Source of the DNA: a virus
Length of the DNA stretch: 64,000 nt
IMG/VR virus record: IMGVR_UViG_3300031949_000004
Span: 94,224-158,223 of that record
Strand: one strand, 5' to 3'
Shown here: in pieces, positions 1 to 8,487 of the stretch
How the letters are laid out: each line of letters begins with the position of its first letter
Position numbering within the stretch: position 1 is the stretch's first letter
Notes under the pieces: generated by a model
Told to the model about the DNA's origin: nothing
The model's database searches: none
What the model saw: the letters and a program-made list of their open reading frames with translations, nothing else
Position numbers and translations under genes: made by a program

Positions 1-1316
1 CCAAGAACGATCCTGCCCTCTTCGCTCTCGCCCTGTGCATGAAGACCGGCGACGATGGCACCCGGCGCGCGGCCTACGCGGTACTGCCCAAGGTCGCCCG
101 CATCGGCACGCACCTCTTCCACCTGGCGGCGTTCGTCAGCACGCTCGGTGGCTGGGGACGCGGCACCAAGCGTGCCTTCGGCAACTGGTACCTCGGCAAG
201 CCCGAGGAGCGCCTGGCCTACGACGCCATCAAGTACCAGTCGCGTGACGGCTGGGCACACCGGGATGTTCTGCGCCTGGCCCACGTGCCTCGTCCCGAGG
301 GCGTTCGCAACGACATCTTCAACTGGATCGTCAACGGTTGGGAAGGTGTCGGCGAGACTCCGCACCCCGACGAGACGCTGCGGAAGATCTGGGCGTTCGA
401 GCGCGCCAAGACGACCACCAGCCGACTGGCTCTCGTCAAGCTCATCGAGGAACACGGTCTACCACACGAATGCGTGCCCAACGAGGCCAAGAGTGATCCG
501 GCGGTCTGGGCCGCCATGCTGCCCAACATGGGCATCACGGCGCTTGTACGCAACCTCGGCAAGATGACTTCCGTGGGTCTCGTAGCACCGATGACTTCTG
601 CGGGCTCCTTGATCATGGATCGCCTCACGGACTTCGAGACCTTGCGCAACAGCCGGATTCACCCGTTGCAACTGCTGGTGGCGCTGCGGACCTACACCAA
701 GGGACACGGCGACAAGGGCAGCTTGTCTTGGAAGCCTGTTCCAGCGATTATCGATGCTCTCGACCAGGCATTTTACCTGGCATTCGAGGCGGTCGAGCCC
801 ACGAACAAGCGCCACGTGCTCGCGCTCGATGTCTCGGACTCGATGACCTGGCAGAACTGCGCGGGCATGCCGATCACGCCGCGCGAGGCAGCCTCGGCCA
901 TGGCGCTCGTCACCGCCAACGTCGAGAGCAATCACCACATCTGCGCCTTCGCGGACACGTTCATCCGGACGACGATCTCGACGCGCCAGCGGCTCGACGA
1001 CGTGAATCGGTACGTCCGGAGTTTGGAGGCGTCGTACACCGACTGCGCGGCGCCCATGGTCTGGGCCATCATGAACAAGATCCCTGCCGACGTGTTCGTG
1101 GTCTACACGGACAGCGAGACCAACGCGGGTGGCAGCCCGCACGCAGCCTCGGCCCTGCGCACCTATCGCCAGAAGATGGGTATCGCGGCCAAGCTCGTGG
1201 TCTGCGCCATGGTCAGCAACAACGTGACCATTGCAGATCCGAACGACGGCGGCATGCTCGATGTCACAGGCTTCGACACCAGTACGCCAGCTCTCCTCGC
1301 GGACTTTGCGCGATGA
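1..1316 (+). CDS. rsr: Ro60/TROVE-domain ribonucleoprotein with C-terminal vWA domain (5' partial; frame open to window edge)
   Basis: The frame has no stop from nt 3. The N-terminal region is TROVE-like. The C-terminal half carries a vWA/MIDAS-like block (LALDVSDSM...TDSETNAGG). The 425 aa visible is shorter than a typical ~500-540 aa Ro60. Confidence 0.75.
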   Translation, partial: KNDPALFALALCMKTGDDGTRRAAYAVLPKVARIGTHLFHLAAFVSTLGGWGRGTKRAFGNWYLGKPEERLAYDAIKYQSRDGWAHRDVLRLAHVPRPEGVRNDIFNWIVNGWEGVGETPHPDETLRKIWAFERAKTTTSRLALVKLIEEHGLPHECVPNEAKSDPAVWAAMLPNMGITALVRNLGKMTSVGLVAPMTSAGSLIMDRLTDFETLRNSRIHPLQLLVALRTYTKGHGDKGSLSWKPVPAIIDALDQAFYLAFEAVEPTNKRHVLALDVSDSMTWQNCAGMPITPREAASAMALVTANVESNHHICAFADTFIRTTISTRQRLDDVNRYVRSLEASYTDCAAPMVWAIMNKIPADVFVVYTDSETNAGGSPHAASALRTYRQKMGIAAKLVVCAMVSNNVTIADPNDGGMLDVTGFDTSTPALLADFAR

Positions 1317-1513
1317 AGTGGTTGGTTATCCTTGTCCTGCTTTCTGGTTGCCCGAGTATCGACTGCAAGGAGAAGGTGGCAAGGCTCACGGGCAATTTGA
1401 TCGATTCAACCGTTATCTTCTGTTCCGACAACCGACAGACGCTGGTGAAGCTGGACAGCAACACCTTCGCATGCGTGTGTTCCAAGAACTCCCCGCTCCT
1501 CGAACAAAAGTGA
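1313..1513 (+). CDS. small putative lipoprotein
   Basis: MKWLVILVLLSGC has a signal peptide and a lipobox cysteine. The start is an ATGA overlap with the rsr stop. Local GC is lower. Confidence 0.45.
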   Translation: MKWLVILVLLSGCPSIDCKEKVARLTGNLIDSTVIFCSDNRQTLVKLDSNTFACVCSKNSPLLEQK

Positions 1514-1516
1514 CAC

Positions 1517-1975
1517 ATGCGGATCCTTCGACATCGAACGACCGCTCCCTGGTTTTTCTTCCGCTCCGGAAACCAGCTCGTGGGGACCATCGAGCAGATC
1601 TATCGACGAGGGCCGAAGACGCACTTATTCTACGACGACGGCGTCTACTTCTCCATCCGACTTCTCGAACCTTGCCAGGTTGCTCGTCGACCGCGCATCG
1701 CAGATCGCGATGACTACAAGCCGGAGCCCTTCAAAGCGGCGGCCGGCAAGCTCGTGAACCTGCAAAACAACCTCAAGACGGAGCACCTGCTCGACCAGAT
1801 CAAGGCTGAGCGGTTCGGAGCCACTCGTTTCCCAACCACCAAGCTCGTCGTCCGTGGTCGGGTGGTTCATCCAACCAGCCGGCGCGTCCTGTGGAATATG
1901 GATCTGTATACCTGGGAAGACTCGCCCGCGAAACCAAAGCTATTGCAAAGACTCAGCGCCATGGCAACACGATGA
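1517..1975 (+). CDS. hypothetical protein
   Basis: 152-aa ORF with high GC3 codon bias and tight spacing. Confidence 0.45.
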   Translation: MRILRHRTTAPWFFFRSGNQLVGTIEQIYRRGPKTHLFYDDGVYFSIRLLEPCQVARRPRIADRDDYKPEPFKAAAGKLVNLQNNLKTEHLLDQIKAERFGATRFPTTKLVVRGRVVHPTSRRVLWNMDLYTWEDSPAKPKLLQRLSAMATR

Positions 1976-2277
1976 TTTTCGGTAAGACAGACGACAAGAG
2001 CATGCGCATCGAGAAAGCCCTGACCGTGGCGTCGGGGCCGCTCACCATCGACGACATCTGCCGGCTCGTGTTCGGCAAGATCACCGAGCGCGACCGCAAT
2101 CTTGTTCGTGTGGTCCTGCACCGGCTCGACGCCCGAGGGATCCTCGTCAAACATGCCCAGACCTACGAGGTCTTGCCCGCTGAATGCGAGAGGTGCCACC
2201 AGAGCTTTCCACCCAAGGCGCGATCAATGCGCGACGCTCACTTTTGCCTGGAATGTGCCAGGGAGAAGATCGCATGA
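1972..2277 (+). CDS. hypothetical protein with C-terminal CxxC...CxxC zinc ribbon
   Basis: The ATG at 1972 forms an ATGA overlap with the upstream stop. CERCHQ...CLECAR is a zinc-ribbon-like pair. Confidence 0.45.
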   Translation: MIFGKTDDKSMRIEKALTVASGPLTIDDICRLVFGKITERDRNLVRVVLHRLDARGILVKHAQTYEVLPAECERCHQSFPPKARSMRDAHFCLECAREKIA

Positions 2278-2681
2278 ACAACTCGCGGGCCATCGATCTC
2301 CGCACGCCGATCACGAAACTTGAGCTGTCCGTGAGGGCGCAGAACTGTCTCGTCGGCATCGAGAACCTGTATCAACTTTTACGCATGACCCACGCCGACC
2401 TGTTGAAACGTCGCCACCTCGGCAAAAAGGTCTTGTACGAGATTGAAACCCTGCTGACCGAGATGGGGCTTCGGTTGCGCACAATCATGGAGAATGGGAA
2501 AGCGATCAAGATCGCTCACTGGCTCGGCCGCGAGATCGTTCTGCCTCCCGATTTCGCGAAGCTTCGCCTCGGCGACCAGGTCAACGACCTCGCGCAATAC
2601 TGGGACGTGATGGTCACACACAGCAAATCGGGAACGGTCATCTGGCTCGACGACAAGGGGAAACACTTCTCGGTCAGATGA
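2274..2681 (+). CDS. RNA polymerase alpha-subunit C-terminal-domain (alpha-CTD)-like protein
   Basis: Residues ~10-75 (LELSVRAQNCLVGIENLYQLLRMTHADLLKRRHLGKKVLYEIETLLTEMGL) match the RpoA alpha-CTD pattern LEL[ST]VR[SA]xNCL...LGKKSLxEI...GL. The start is an ATGA overlap. A ~60-aa C-terminal extension has no recognisable match. Confidence 0.6.
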   Translation: MNNSRAIDLRTPITKLELSVRAQNCLVGIENLYQLLRMTHADLLKRRHLGKKVLYEIETLLTEMGLRLRTIMENGKAIKIAHWLGREIVLPPDFAKLRLGDQVNDLAQYWDVMVTHSKSGTVIWLDDKGKHFSVR

Positions 2682-2694
2682 GCAGGGGAACGAC

Positions 2695-2949
2695 ATGGTC
2701 AAATCAAGATTCAAGTCACAACCACATGATAAGTGCATCGTGTTCGGTTGTCTGAACCACAAGGACGAAGGAACCTTCGTGGGTGACTTATGTGGTCCCT
2801 GCCACAACTTCATCACCACGGGCAAAGGTGACGTTGCAGGTAGCTCGCAGGTCTACCGCAACGCGGTTTCATGCTTCATTGAGCGACTCACGAAGCGACT
2901 TTCGACATTCTTGCTTGCCAAGCTCACGAAACCCTATGCCCTTGAATGA
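2695..2949 (+). CDS. hypothetical Cys-rich protein
   Basis: 84-aa ORF with CxxC/CxxC motifs. Confidence 0.4.
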   Translation: MVKSRFKSQPHDKCIVFGCLNHKDEGTFVGDLCGPCHNFITTGKGDVAGSSQVYRNAVSCFIERLTKRLSTFLLAKLTKPYALE

Positions 2950-3320
2950 GGAACGACACTGTGGGCAAAAACGACAAAGCATCCAACAAGATCGACAGGA
3001 CAACGTCCGAGCTGTGTACCTGCGGATGCAGCCTGGCCAAGCACTACATGGATTTCCAGCCTGGGAAGTCCGACTGCTCGACCTGTGACGAGTGCCGGGG
3101 TTTCGTCGGAACCGGGCGCTTCGATTCGTCGAAGTTGTCGCGAAGGAAACCCCAGAAGAAGAGCGACAAGGAATTCCATCGTCGGGTGGTGGCCGCCATG
3201 GCGGCCAAGCGACGAGCCCGGAAAAGAGCTGCCTTCAAGTTCGCCAAGGAATCGGGGTGGACGATCATCAGCGCAAAAGGGAAGGTGCTGCTGAAGTCCC
3301 CAACGACTCGCTCCGGTTGA
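2946..3320 (+). CDS. hypothetical Cys-rich protein with basic C-terminal tail
   Basis: Start is an ATGA overlap. The N-terminus GKNDKASNKIDRT is shared with the ORF at 3348. Confidence 0.45.
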   Translation: MRNDTVGKNDKASNKIDRTTSELCTCGCSLAKHYMDFQPGKSDCSTCDECRGFVGTGRFDSSKLSRRKPQKKSDKEFHRRVVAAMAAKRRARKRAAFKFAKESGWTIISAKGKVLLKSPTTRSG

Positions 3321-3347
3321 ATCTCACGACCCTGCTCGCTTGAGTGA

Positions 3348-3575
3348 TTGATGATGAGTAAGAACGACAAAGCATCCAACAAGGTTGTCAGGACTGTGAA
3401 GTCCGACGTGAAGGTCGTCTGTTGCAACTGCGGCAAGGAATTTCCTCCGGACATCAAGCTGGATCCGGCGCTTTGGATCTGCACGAGCCAGTGTTACCTG
3501 GTGTGGTTCGAAAAGCACCTCGGTCGCCCGCTCCGTTCGCTCGAACCCAAGGAGAACGATCGTCATGGGCTTTGA
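3348..3575 (+). CDS. hypothetical Cys-rich protein (N-terminal paralogue of 2946-3320)
   Basis: MMMSKNDKASNKVVRT shares its N-terminal peptide with 2946-3320, followed by CCNCGKEF. Confidence 0.45.
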   Translation: MMMSKNDKASNKVVRTVKSDVKVVCCNCGKEFPPDIKLDPALWICTSQCYLVWFEKHLGRPLRSLEPKENDRHGL

Positions 3576-3843
3576 TACCACTTCCGGCGAGAAGAGCGCG
3601 CAAACGAGAACCAAGGGTGTCTGGTACCTCGCCTACGACGACTTCGACTCCATGGAGAACCGCAACCCCGTGCGCGAGGTGCGCGTCAAGCTGCCGGGCA
3701 GGTTGAGCGAAGAGGCGGCCGTGCGTTTAGCCGTCATCAAATGCCCAACATTGCAAACCTTCCGGGGCTACGACAATGAGCTGTACCCGCGAAACGCCAG
3801 GGTGATTTACGAGATCGATCTTTCGACTCGGTTCTGCCGATGA
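3565..3843 (+). CDS. hypothetical protein
   Basis: 92-aa ORF. Its 3' end is duplicated ~110 bp downstream. Confidence 0.4.
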   Translation: MGFDTTSGEKSAQTRTKGVWYLAYDDFDSMENRNPVREVRVKLPGRLSEEAAVRLAVIKCPTLQTFRGYDNELYPRNARVIYEIDLSTRFCR

Positions 3844-3946
3844 AAGGACAAGATGGGCACTGATTTCTGCCGAGCAGTTGATACGACAACGCGGTGTACC
3901 CGCGAAACGCCAGGGTGATTTACGAGATCAAGCTTTCAGCGCGGTT
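3783..3946. repeat. direct repeat: ~51-bp 3' end of ORF 3565-3843 duplicated (3783-3833 and 3896-3946, 34-bp perfect core)
   Basis: gtacccgcgaaacgccagggtgatttacgagatc occurs twice. The second copy is a short out-of-context gene fragment (VYPRNARVIYEIKLSARF...). Confidence 0.6.
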
Positions 3947-3969
3947 TCGACTCTATCGATGAAGGAACT

Positions 3970-4188
3970 ATGATCATGCTGACCACACACAGGAAAGTCG
4001 TTCTGGCCGAGAAGATGTGGGACACCTTTCGGTCCTTGAATTACTACCGGGGAACGTGTCGAAAAACCTACGATCAACTTGGCGTGCCTCTACAAAATCT
4101 GTGGTTGGCCATGGCGGAAGCCGCTTACCGCGAAGTCTTGGCCCTCAACAAACGTCAAGTTCAAAAACTGAAAAATCGTCGTTTGTAA
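3970..4188 (+). CDS. hypothetical protein
   Basis: 72-aa ORF. Confidence 0.35.
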   Translation: MIMLTTHRKVVLAEKMWDTFRSLNYYRGTCRKTYDQLGVPLQNLWLAMAEAAYREVLALNKRQVQKLKNRRL

Positions 4189-4194
4189 ACAACA

Positions 4195-4442
4195 TGACCA
4201 CCGAGCAGTTGATGGCATTCGTGATCAAGGTTTCCGATGAACACGCGGGTGTGGCGGTGGGGCTCTCGGAAGCCGTTTCTCGCATTCCGGTACAGCGGCT
4301 CATGGAGATCGTCGACGGGTTGGGAGTTCGGGGACAAGAGCTATATGACCTCTACGGTCTGTGGCTCCGGGCAGACGACAAACGATTCGAGCAGAACCCG
4401 TCGTTCGCGACGTGGTTGCAAACCTTGAACGTGGGGCAATGA
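4195..4442 (+). CDS. hypothetical protein
   Basis: Internal ATG of frame 4017-4442 (MTTEQLMAFVIKV...). Confidence 0.4.
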
Positions 4443-4834
4443 CCATGACACGAGGAATTCGCGGTGAGACTCACGATGCTCCACCTGAAAGGATCGTGGT
4501 TCGGGGCGTGTGGCGGGTTCGCAAGGTCTCACGCTTCGAGGCGATGTACTGGTACGATCATCCAACCTCGTTTTTTAGCTTCCAGGCCGAGGTCGAGGCT
4601 CGCCGCGAATCTTCACGCGATACTTGCGGCTTCTGGTTGACCGTCTATGCCAAGCCTGCATTTCTGCTCGGTGACGGGGCCGGCGCGTCTCAGGGCAACT
4701 GGTGCCGCGTGGAGCCTCCCGACGATTTCTTCGACAACAACACCAACAACATCGGCGCCCTGGAACGGCTCTTCCAACGCAAGATTGTCGAGGAAGCCAA
4801 GCGTTTCCTCAAGCGACAGGCAGCAATTCTCTAG
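4439..4834 (+). CDS. hypothetical protein
   Basis: ATGA overlap with the upstream stop. 131 aa. Confidence 0.45.
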   Translation: MTMTRGIRGETHDAPPERIVVRGVWRVRKVSRFEAMYWYDHPTSFFSFQAEVEARRESSRDTCGFWLTVYAKPAFLLGDGAGASQGNWCRVEPPDDFFDNNTNNIGALERLFQRKIVEEAKRFLKRQAAIL

Positions 4835-4845
4835 GCAAGGACATC

Positions 4846-5085
4846 ATGACAGACATCACCCCCAAGTATATGAGTTCGGCTCCCCGGCAAGGATCCGCAG
4901 TGGTTCCCATGTACTCGGCCGTAACTCCAGGTCGTCCTCCACAGGAATCGCCACCTGCCCCAATCACGGCCGTCGAGATGACCTACAAGGTCGTCAAGAA
5001 ACTCTTGGCCGAGCTGCCGCCCGCTGAACAGGCCGAATGCTTGCGGCGGCTCTCCAAGGACATCTTCGAGAGTGTGACCACATGA
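4846..5085 (+). CDS. hypothetical protein
   Basis: 79-aa ORF (MTDITPKY...). Confidence 0.35.
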   Translation: MTDITPKYMSSAPRQGSAVVPMYSAVTPGRPPQESPPAPITAVEMTYKVVKKLLAELPPAEQAECLRRLSKDIFESVTT

Positions 5086-5453
5086 TCCGCAAGCACGGAA
5101 AACGTCCCAGGAAACGCCGTCCTCGTTTCGAGGGTACCTTGCCCAACGGTACGTCCAGCACGGATCCGATGATGTACATGAAAGCCTGGCGTGACTTGGC
5201 CGAACCCATCGCCAAGGAATTCGGCTGGGGCATCATTGGCTACGAGCCAGGTATCATGTTCTCGCTCGCGGCGACCGATGCGAGCGGAGAACCTTGCGCG
5301 ATGCACGGGAACAACATCGTGCTCTCGGCCAGCGTGGCAACCAGACTTTGTAAGCTCATCGAGGAAGCCAAGCTGGTCCGTGCTATCGGCGAGTTGCTTG
5401 CGGAGATCAACAAGACCCGTTGCTCGGACAGCAGATCGCGGAGCGTCCGATGA
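5082..5453 (+). CDS. hypothetical protein
   Basis: ATGA overlap. 123 aa. Confidence 0.4.
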   Translation: MIRKHGKRPRKRRPRFEGTLPNGTSSTDPMMYMKAWRDLAEPIAKEFGWGIIGYEPGIMFSLAATDASGEPCAMHGNNIVLSASVATRLCKLIEEAKLVRAIGELLAEINKTRCSDSRSRSVR

Positions 5454-5713
5454 ATCAATGTCCTTCGTGCAAGCACGCCGCGCACGAGCCTGGAAAGTGC
5501 CACGTAACCCTCGGGCATCACGTGATTCCTATCTGCCTGTGCGGGGATGTCGTGGCGCCTTCCTCGGTGAGTGTTCAAAGGCAGGATGACAATCCCGTTA
5601 GGTCTCTCCTCTTGCTCGGGCTTGAACTCAATACCAAGGAGCAGCTCCGACAACTGGCGGAACAAGACCGGAAGAATGCTGTCGACAGCGATACGCCCCA
5701 GAGGGCCGAATGA
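5450..5713 (+). CDS. hypothetical Cys-rich protein
   Basis: ATGA overlap. Carries CPSC...C motifs. Confidence 0.35.
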   Translation: MNQCPSCKHAAHEPGKCHVTLGHHVIPICLCGDVVAPSSVSVQRQDDNPVRSLLLLGLELNTKEQLRQLAEQDRKNAVDSDTPQRAE

Positions 5714-6234
5714 AGCTCATTCTTCAGTACGACGATGGGACGGAGACGATTACCTATCTTGACTGGAAAGGCATCGTGCCTCCACCTCTGCCAGGCGATG
5801 AAATCCAGCAAGGCAGCAAGGTCTACCGGGTTACATCGCGCCGGTACCAGATCGCCAACAACCATCTCAGGGTTGCCGTCACCTATGCGGATGCGCTAGT
5901 GCTAAAGCTCGCTGCTGTCCCAAAGAAGAAAGCCACGCAGGCGCAAGATCCTTCGGCCCTGGCTCTCGCGCACCCCTGGCTGCCCGCCATCGGCTCGGAA
6001 GTCTTCATCCAGACACGAAGGAGCAAGAGCAAGCCGTTGCGGTGCCCTGTACTGAAGCACGGGTCTCGCGTTTCAGATTTGGAAGATGGCGACAAGATGT
6101 GCGAGCCCTGTTTCTGGGCGTGGGACGACGATGTCAAGATGGGGCCGTATTTCCAACACGAGGAGACCATCGACGGGCACGTCTTGCCCGGTCACTGGAA
6201 ACGAGCGAAGCCAAGCAACGACATGGAGAAGTGA
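5710..6234 (+). CDS. hypothetical protein
   Basis: ATGA overlap. 174 aa. Confidence 0.45.
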   Translation: MKLILQYDDGTETITYLDWKGIVPPPLPGDEIQQGSKVYRVTSRRYQIANNHLRVAVTYADALVLKLAAVPKKKATQAQDPSALALAHPWLPAIGSEVFIQTRRSKSKPLRCPVLKHGSRVSDLEDGDKMCEPCFWAWDDDVKMGPYFQHEETIDGHVLPGHWKRAKPSNDMEK

Positions 6235-6235
6235 C

Positions 6236-6550
6236 GTGATCGATCCCTATCCCCCACAAGGCACCGTCATCGAGGAGAACCAGGAATGTTCGCCCGGCTT
6301 CGGTCTCTCGCCCGCCGAGCTGCGCGCCCTGGCGGACGAATTCTGGCGGATGTTCGTCGAGGAGGATGATCCCGACGAAGTCTTCGTGGCCAAGGCCGAG
6401 GACTGGTTCTGGCGTGCGATGGCCGTGCTCAGCGAGGAGGAGAACCACGCCGAAGATCCGGCCGACAAGATCTGCACCATCGCGCAGTCGATGCTCTATT
6501 CCGAGGCCGTGGCGCTCGAAATGTTGAACCCGTCGGGAGAACAACCATGA
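6236..6550 (+). CDS. hypothetical acidic protein (GTG start)
   Basis: GTG start preceded by GGAGAAG. Acidic composition. Confidence 0.35.
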   Translation: MIDPYPPQGTVIEENQECSPGFGLSPAELRALADEFWRMFVEEDDPDEVFVAKAEDWFWRAMAVLSEEENHAEDPADKICTIAQSMLYSEAVALEMLNPSGEQP

Positions 6551-6768
6551 AAACACGTGTGAACGCCTTCAACCTGCAACCCACGCGATCGTTCCCACAA
6601 GGTGCGCCACAACGCGAGGAGTACGACACCGACGAAGACCTGTTCACCGCCGAAAAACTGTACGCGCAGGAATGGCGCGAGGAGTACGAGTGTCAGGGTT
6701 GCAAAGATCGCTACTGCCCACAATGCGGCGACAAAGATTGTTGCTGCCCACAATGTGGTGAATCGTGA
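6547..6768 (+). CDS. hypothetical Cys-rich protein
   Basis: ATGA overlap. Carries CQGC...CPQCG...CPQCG. Confidence 0.4.
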   Translation: MKTRVNAFNLQPTRSFPQGAPQREEYDTDEDLFTAEKLYAQEWREEYECQGCKDRYCPQCGDKDCCCPQCGES

Positions 6769-6815
6769 TGCAAGAATCATCAATCATCACGTCGCTACTA
6801 CCTGAGAGGTGAAAC

Positions 6816-7079
6816 ATGGCGGAACGAATCGGATCCATGTTGCTAATCACCCCGACCGCGCCCGAAAAATGCGAGCTGTGCGGCCAGAAAGCGGAGTTGC
6901 GCCCTTACGGTCCGAACGGCAAAAACATCTGCTGCGATTGTGGAAACAAGGATCCCGAAAGCACGCACGCCAGGATGATCGCCACGCTGGAAAAACAGCT
7001 CTCCGGGGTCACGGAGGTCGTTGCTCCCGACGGAAGGGTCTTCAATCGCAAACGCGTTCCCACCTCGAAGGCATCGTGA
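6816..7079 (+). CDS. hypothetical zinc-ribbon protein
   Basis: RBS GAGAGGTGA. Carries CELCG...CCDCG. Confidence 0.45.
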   Translation: MAERIGSMLLITPTAPEKCELCGQKAELRPYGPNGKNICCDCGNKDPESTHARMIATLEKQLSGVTEVVAPDGRVFNRKRVPTSKAS

Positions 7080-7327
7080 TGAAAGACAGCAACCCCATAC
7101 CGCTTCTGCCCGACAGCACGGAAAGACGCCGCATGGCCATCGCCAGCCGGTTGCTGGAGGCGCTCGAAAAGGATCCCTGGCACCCCAAGCGCGACGTGCA
7201 AACCCTGGCCCGCATCCTCGCGAGCATGTTCCTGGAGCACGAAGACAAGATCGCCGAGCTGACCCGACAACTGGCGATCGTCAACCATCGCCTCGGCATC
7301 ACCAACAACGGCAAAAGGCAGTCATGA
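7079..7327 (+). CDS. hypothetical protein
   Basis: 82 aa. Start overlaps the previous stop. Confidence 0.4.
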   Translation: MKDSNPIPLLPDSTERRRMAIASRLLEALEKDPWHPKRDVQTLARILASMFLEHEDKIAELTRQLAIVNHRLGITNNGKRQS

Positions 7328-7545
7328 GCAACAAGGGTTGCAAGTACGTGGCTATTGCGTTGATACCAGGTCAAGCCGTCGAAACCTGTCCCTACAAGGA
7401 CTTTGAAGATCTGCCAACCAAGGAGCAGGTGGCAGCTTTCTACAAAGAGAACCCCAAGGCCCGCGAGGTGATTGTCCGTGCCGTGAGCAGCTACGGCAGC
7501 CCACTCGCCGACAAGATCGTCGTCAACGCAACGGAGAAAAACTGA
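7324..7545 (+). CDS. hypothetical protein
   Basis: ATGA overlap. 73 aa. Confidence 0.4.
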   Translation: MSNKGCKYVAIALIPGQAVETCPYKDFEDLPTKEQVAAFYKENPKAREVIVRAVSSYGSPLADKIVVNATEKN

Positions 7546-7547
7546 GG

Positions 7548-7985
7548 ATGTCAGGCAAGATGTTCGACGAACCCAAACCCTACCTGGTGCAGCGGCTCCT
7601 CTATCGGTCGGAGCCCGCGCCGGAGAGCGAGCGTTTCAGCGTGTTCGAGCACTTCGCGCTCGATCGCATGGGCTGCGCCGAGTTCGAGCGAGGCATTCAG
7701 CTCGAAGCCTTGGACCAGGCGTGTTTGCTGATCCAGAGGTGCAAGGAGATCTGGGACCGCCCGGTTCTGCGCCTGGTGGCGCGTCGATCTCGACCACCAG
7801 TTCGTGCTCTGCAAGACCCGGCAGGTGGCGCAGACCTTCCTCGCTGCCGTTTTTTCAACCGACCGGAAGCTCTTGAAACAGATCGCAGGGAGATGACCCA
7901 TGCCCAAGATCGCCGAACTGGAAAAGCTGGATCCGAAAGATCGCCTGGGCTTCAAAACCAGTACCCAGGTTTTGTTCATGGATAG
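7548..7985 (+). CDS. hypothetical protein (3' half questionable; possible frameshift near 7730-7800)
   Basis: The first ~60 aa look protein-like. The tail is low-complexity, while the +1 frame is open from 7732 to 7896 and reads protein-like. Confidence 0.3.
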   Translation: MSGKMFDEPKPYLVQRLLYRSEPAPESERFSVFEHFALDRMGCAEFERGIQLEALDQACLLIQRCKEIWDRPVLRLVARRSRPPVRALQDPAGGADLPRCRFFNRPEALETDRREMTHAQDRRTGKAGSERSPGLQNQYPGFVHG

Positions 7986-8451
7986 GCTCGTGGAGCACGG
8001 CAAGGTCAGCGTATCTTTCCTCACCGAGAATCGCGACTTCCCAGGGCTCGATTTACCCGACTGGTGGCCGGTGAACGAGCACGGGGTCATCGTGCTCGAA
8101 TACACCAGCAAAACTCTTCCATCCTGCCATCCTGAAGGTGTAGCAGCCAGACTTTCGGCGAACGGCCGCGAGGCGAAGACCTTCGTCCCCTGGGAAGCCA
8201 TGGAAGGCATGTTGCCTGCACCCGAACCCAGCAAGCTGAAAGGACTTGAGACCATGGCATTGGAAGACAAGCAAGCCAGTTGCACGGTGTTCGTGCAAGC
8301 GTGCGACACGCCGGAGAGAGTGATCGACAAGCTGGCCAAACGAACAGGCCATCCAACCCTCGAAGCCTCCACCGCGAACCCTTGTCCGGTTTGCAAAGAT
8401 CAGTATCACTACGAGATCACCATCACCGCCAAGCTGATCGGGAAAATGTAA
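7900..8451 (+). CDS. hypothetical protein
   Basis: 183-aa ORF with RBS GCAGGGAGA. Confidence 0.45.
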   Translation: MPKIAELEKLDPKDRLGFKTSTQVLFMDRLVEHGKVSVSFLTENRDFPGLDLPDWWPVNEHGVIVLEYTSKTLPSCHPEGVAARLSANGREAKTFVPWEAMEGMLPAPEPSKLKGLETMALEDKQASCTVFVQACDTPERVIDKLAKRTGHPTLEASTANPCPVCKDQYHYEITITAKLIGKM

Positions 8452-8487
8452 CTCACGAAAGTCATCATCAAGAGACGGGGATGAACA

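Noticed and set aside
459-1142. 227-aa minus-strand ORF antisense to the Ro60 gene. Similar long antisense or off-frame ORFs occur at 728-1513, 7551-8396, 12062-13642 (526 aa), 28302-28805, 34077-34640, 35190-35948, 53637-54872 and 55467-56057.
   Set aside because: All are embedded in, or out of frame with, strongly supported genes. Their translations are Arg/Gly/Pro-rich and low-complexity, as expected of spurious ORFs in GC-rich DNA.
1317-1975. Search for a Y RNA or tRNA-like gene directly downstream of rsr.
   Set aside because: The region is fully occupied by two ORFs with good coding signal, a lipoprotein gene and a 152-aa gene with high GC3. I could not recognise a Ro-binding helix or tRNA-like cloverleaf by eye. 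The Y RNA is more likely upstream of the window.
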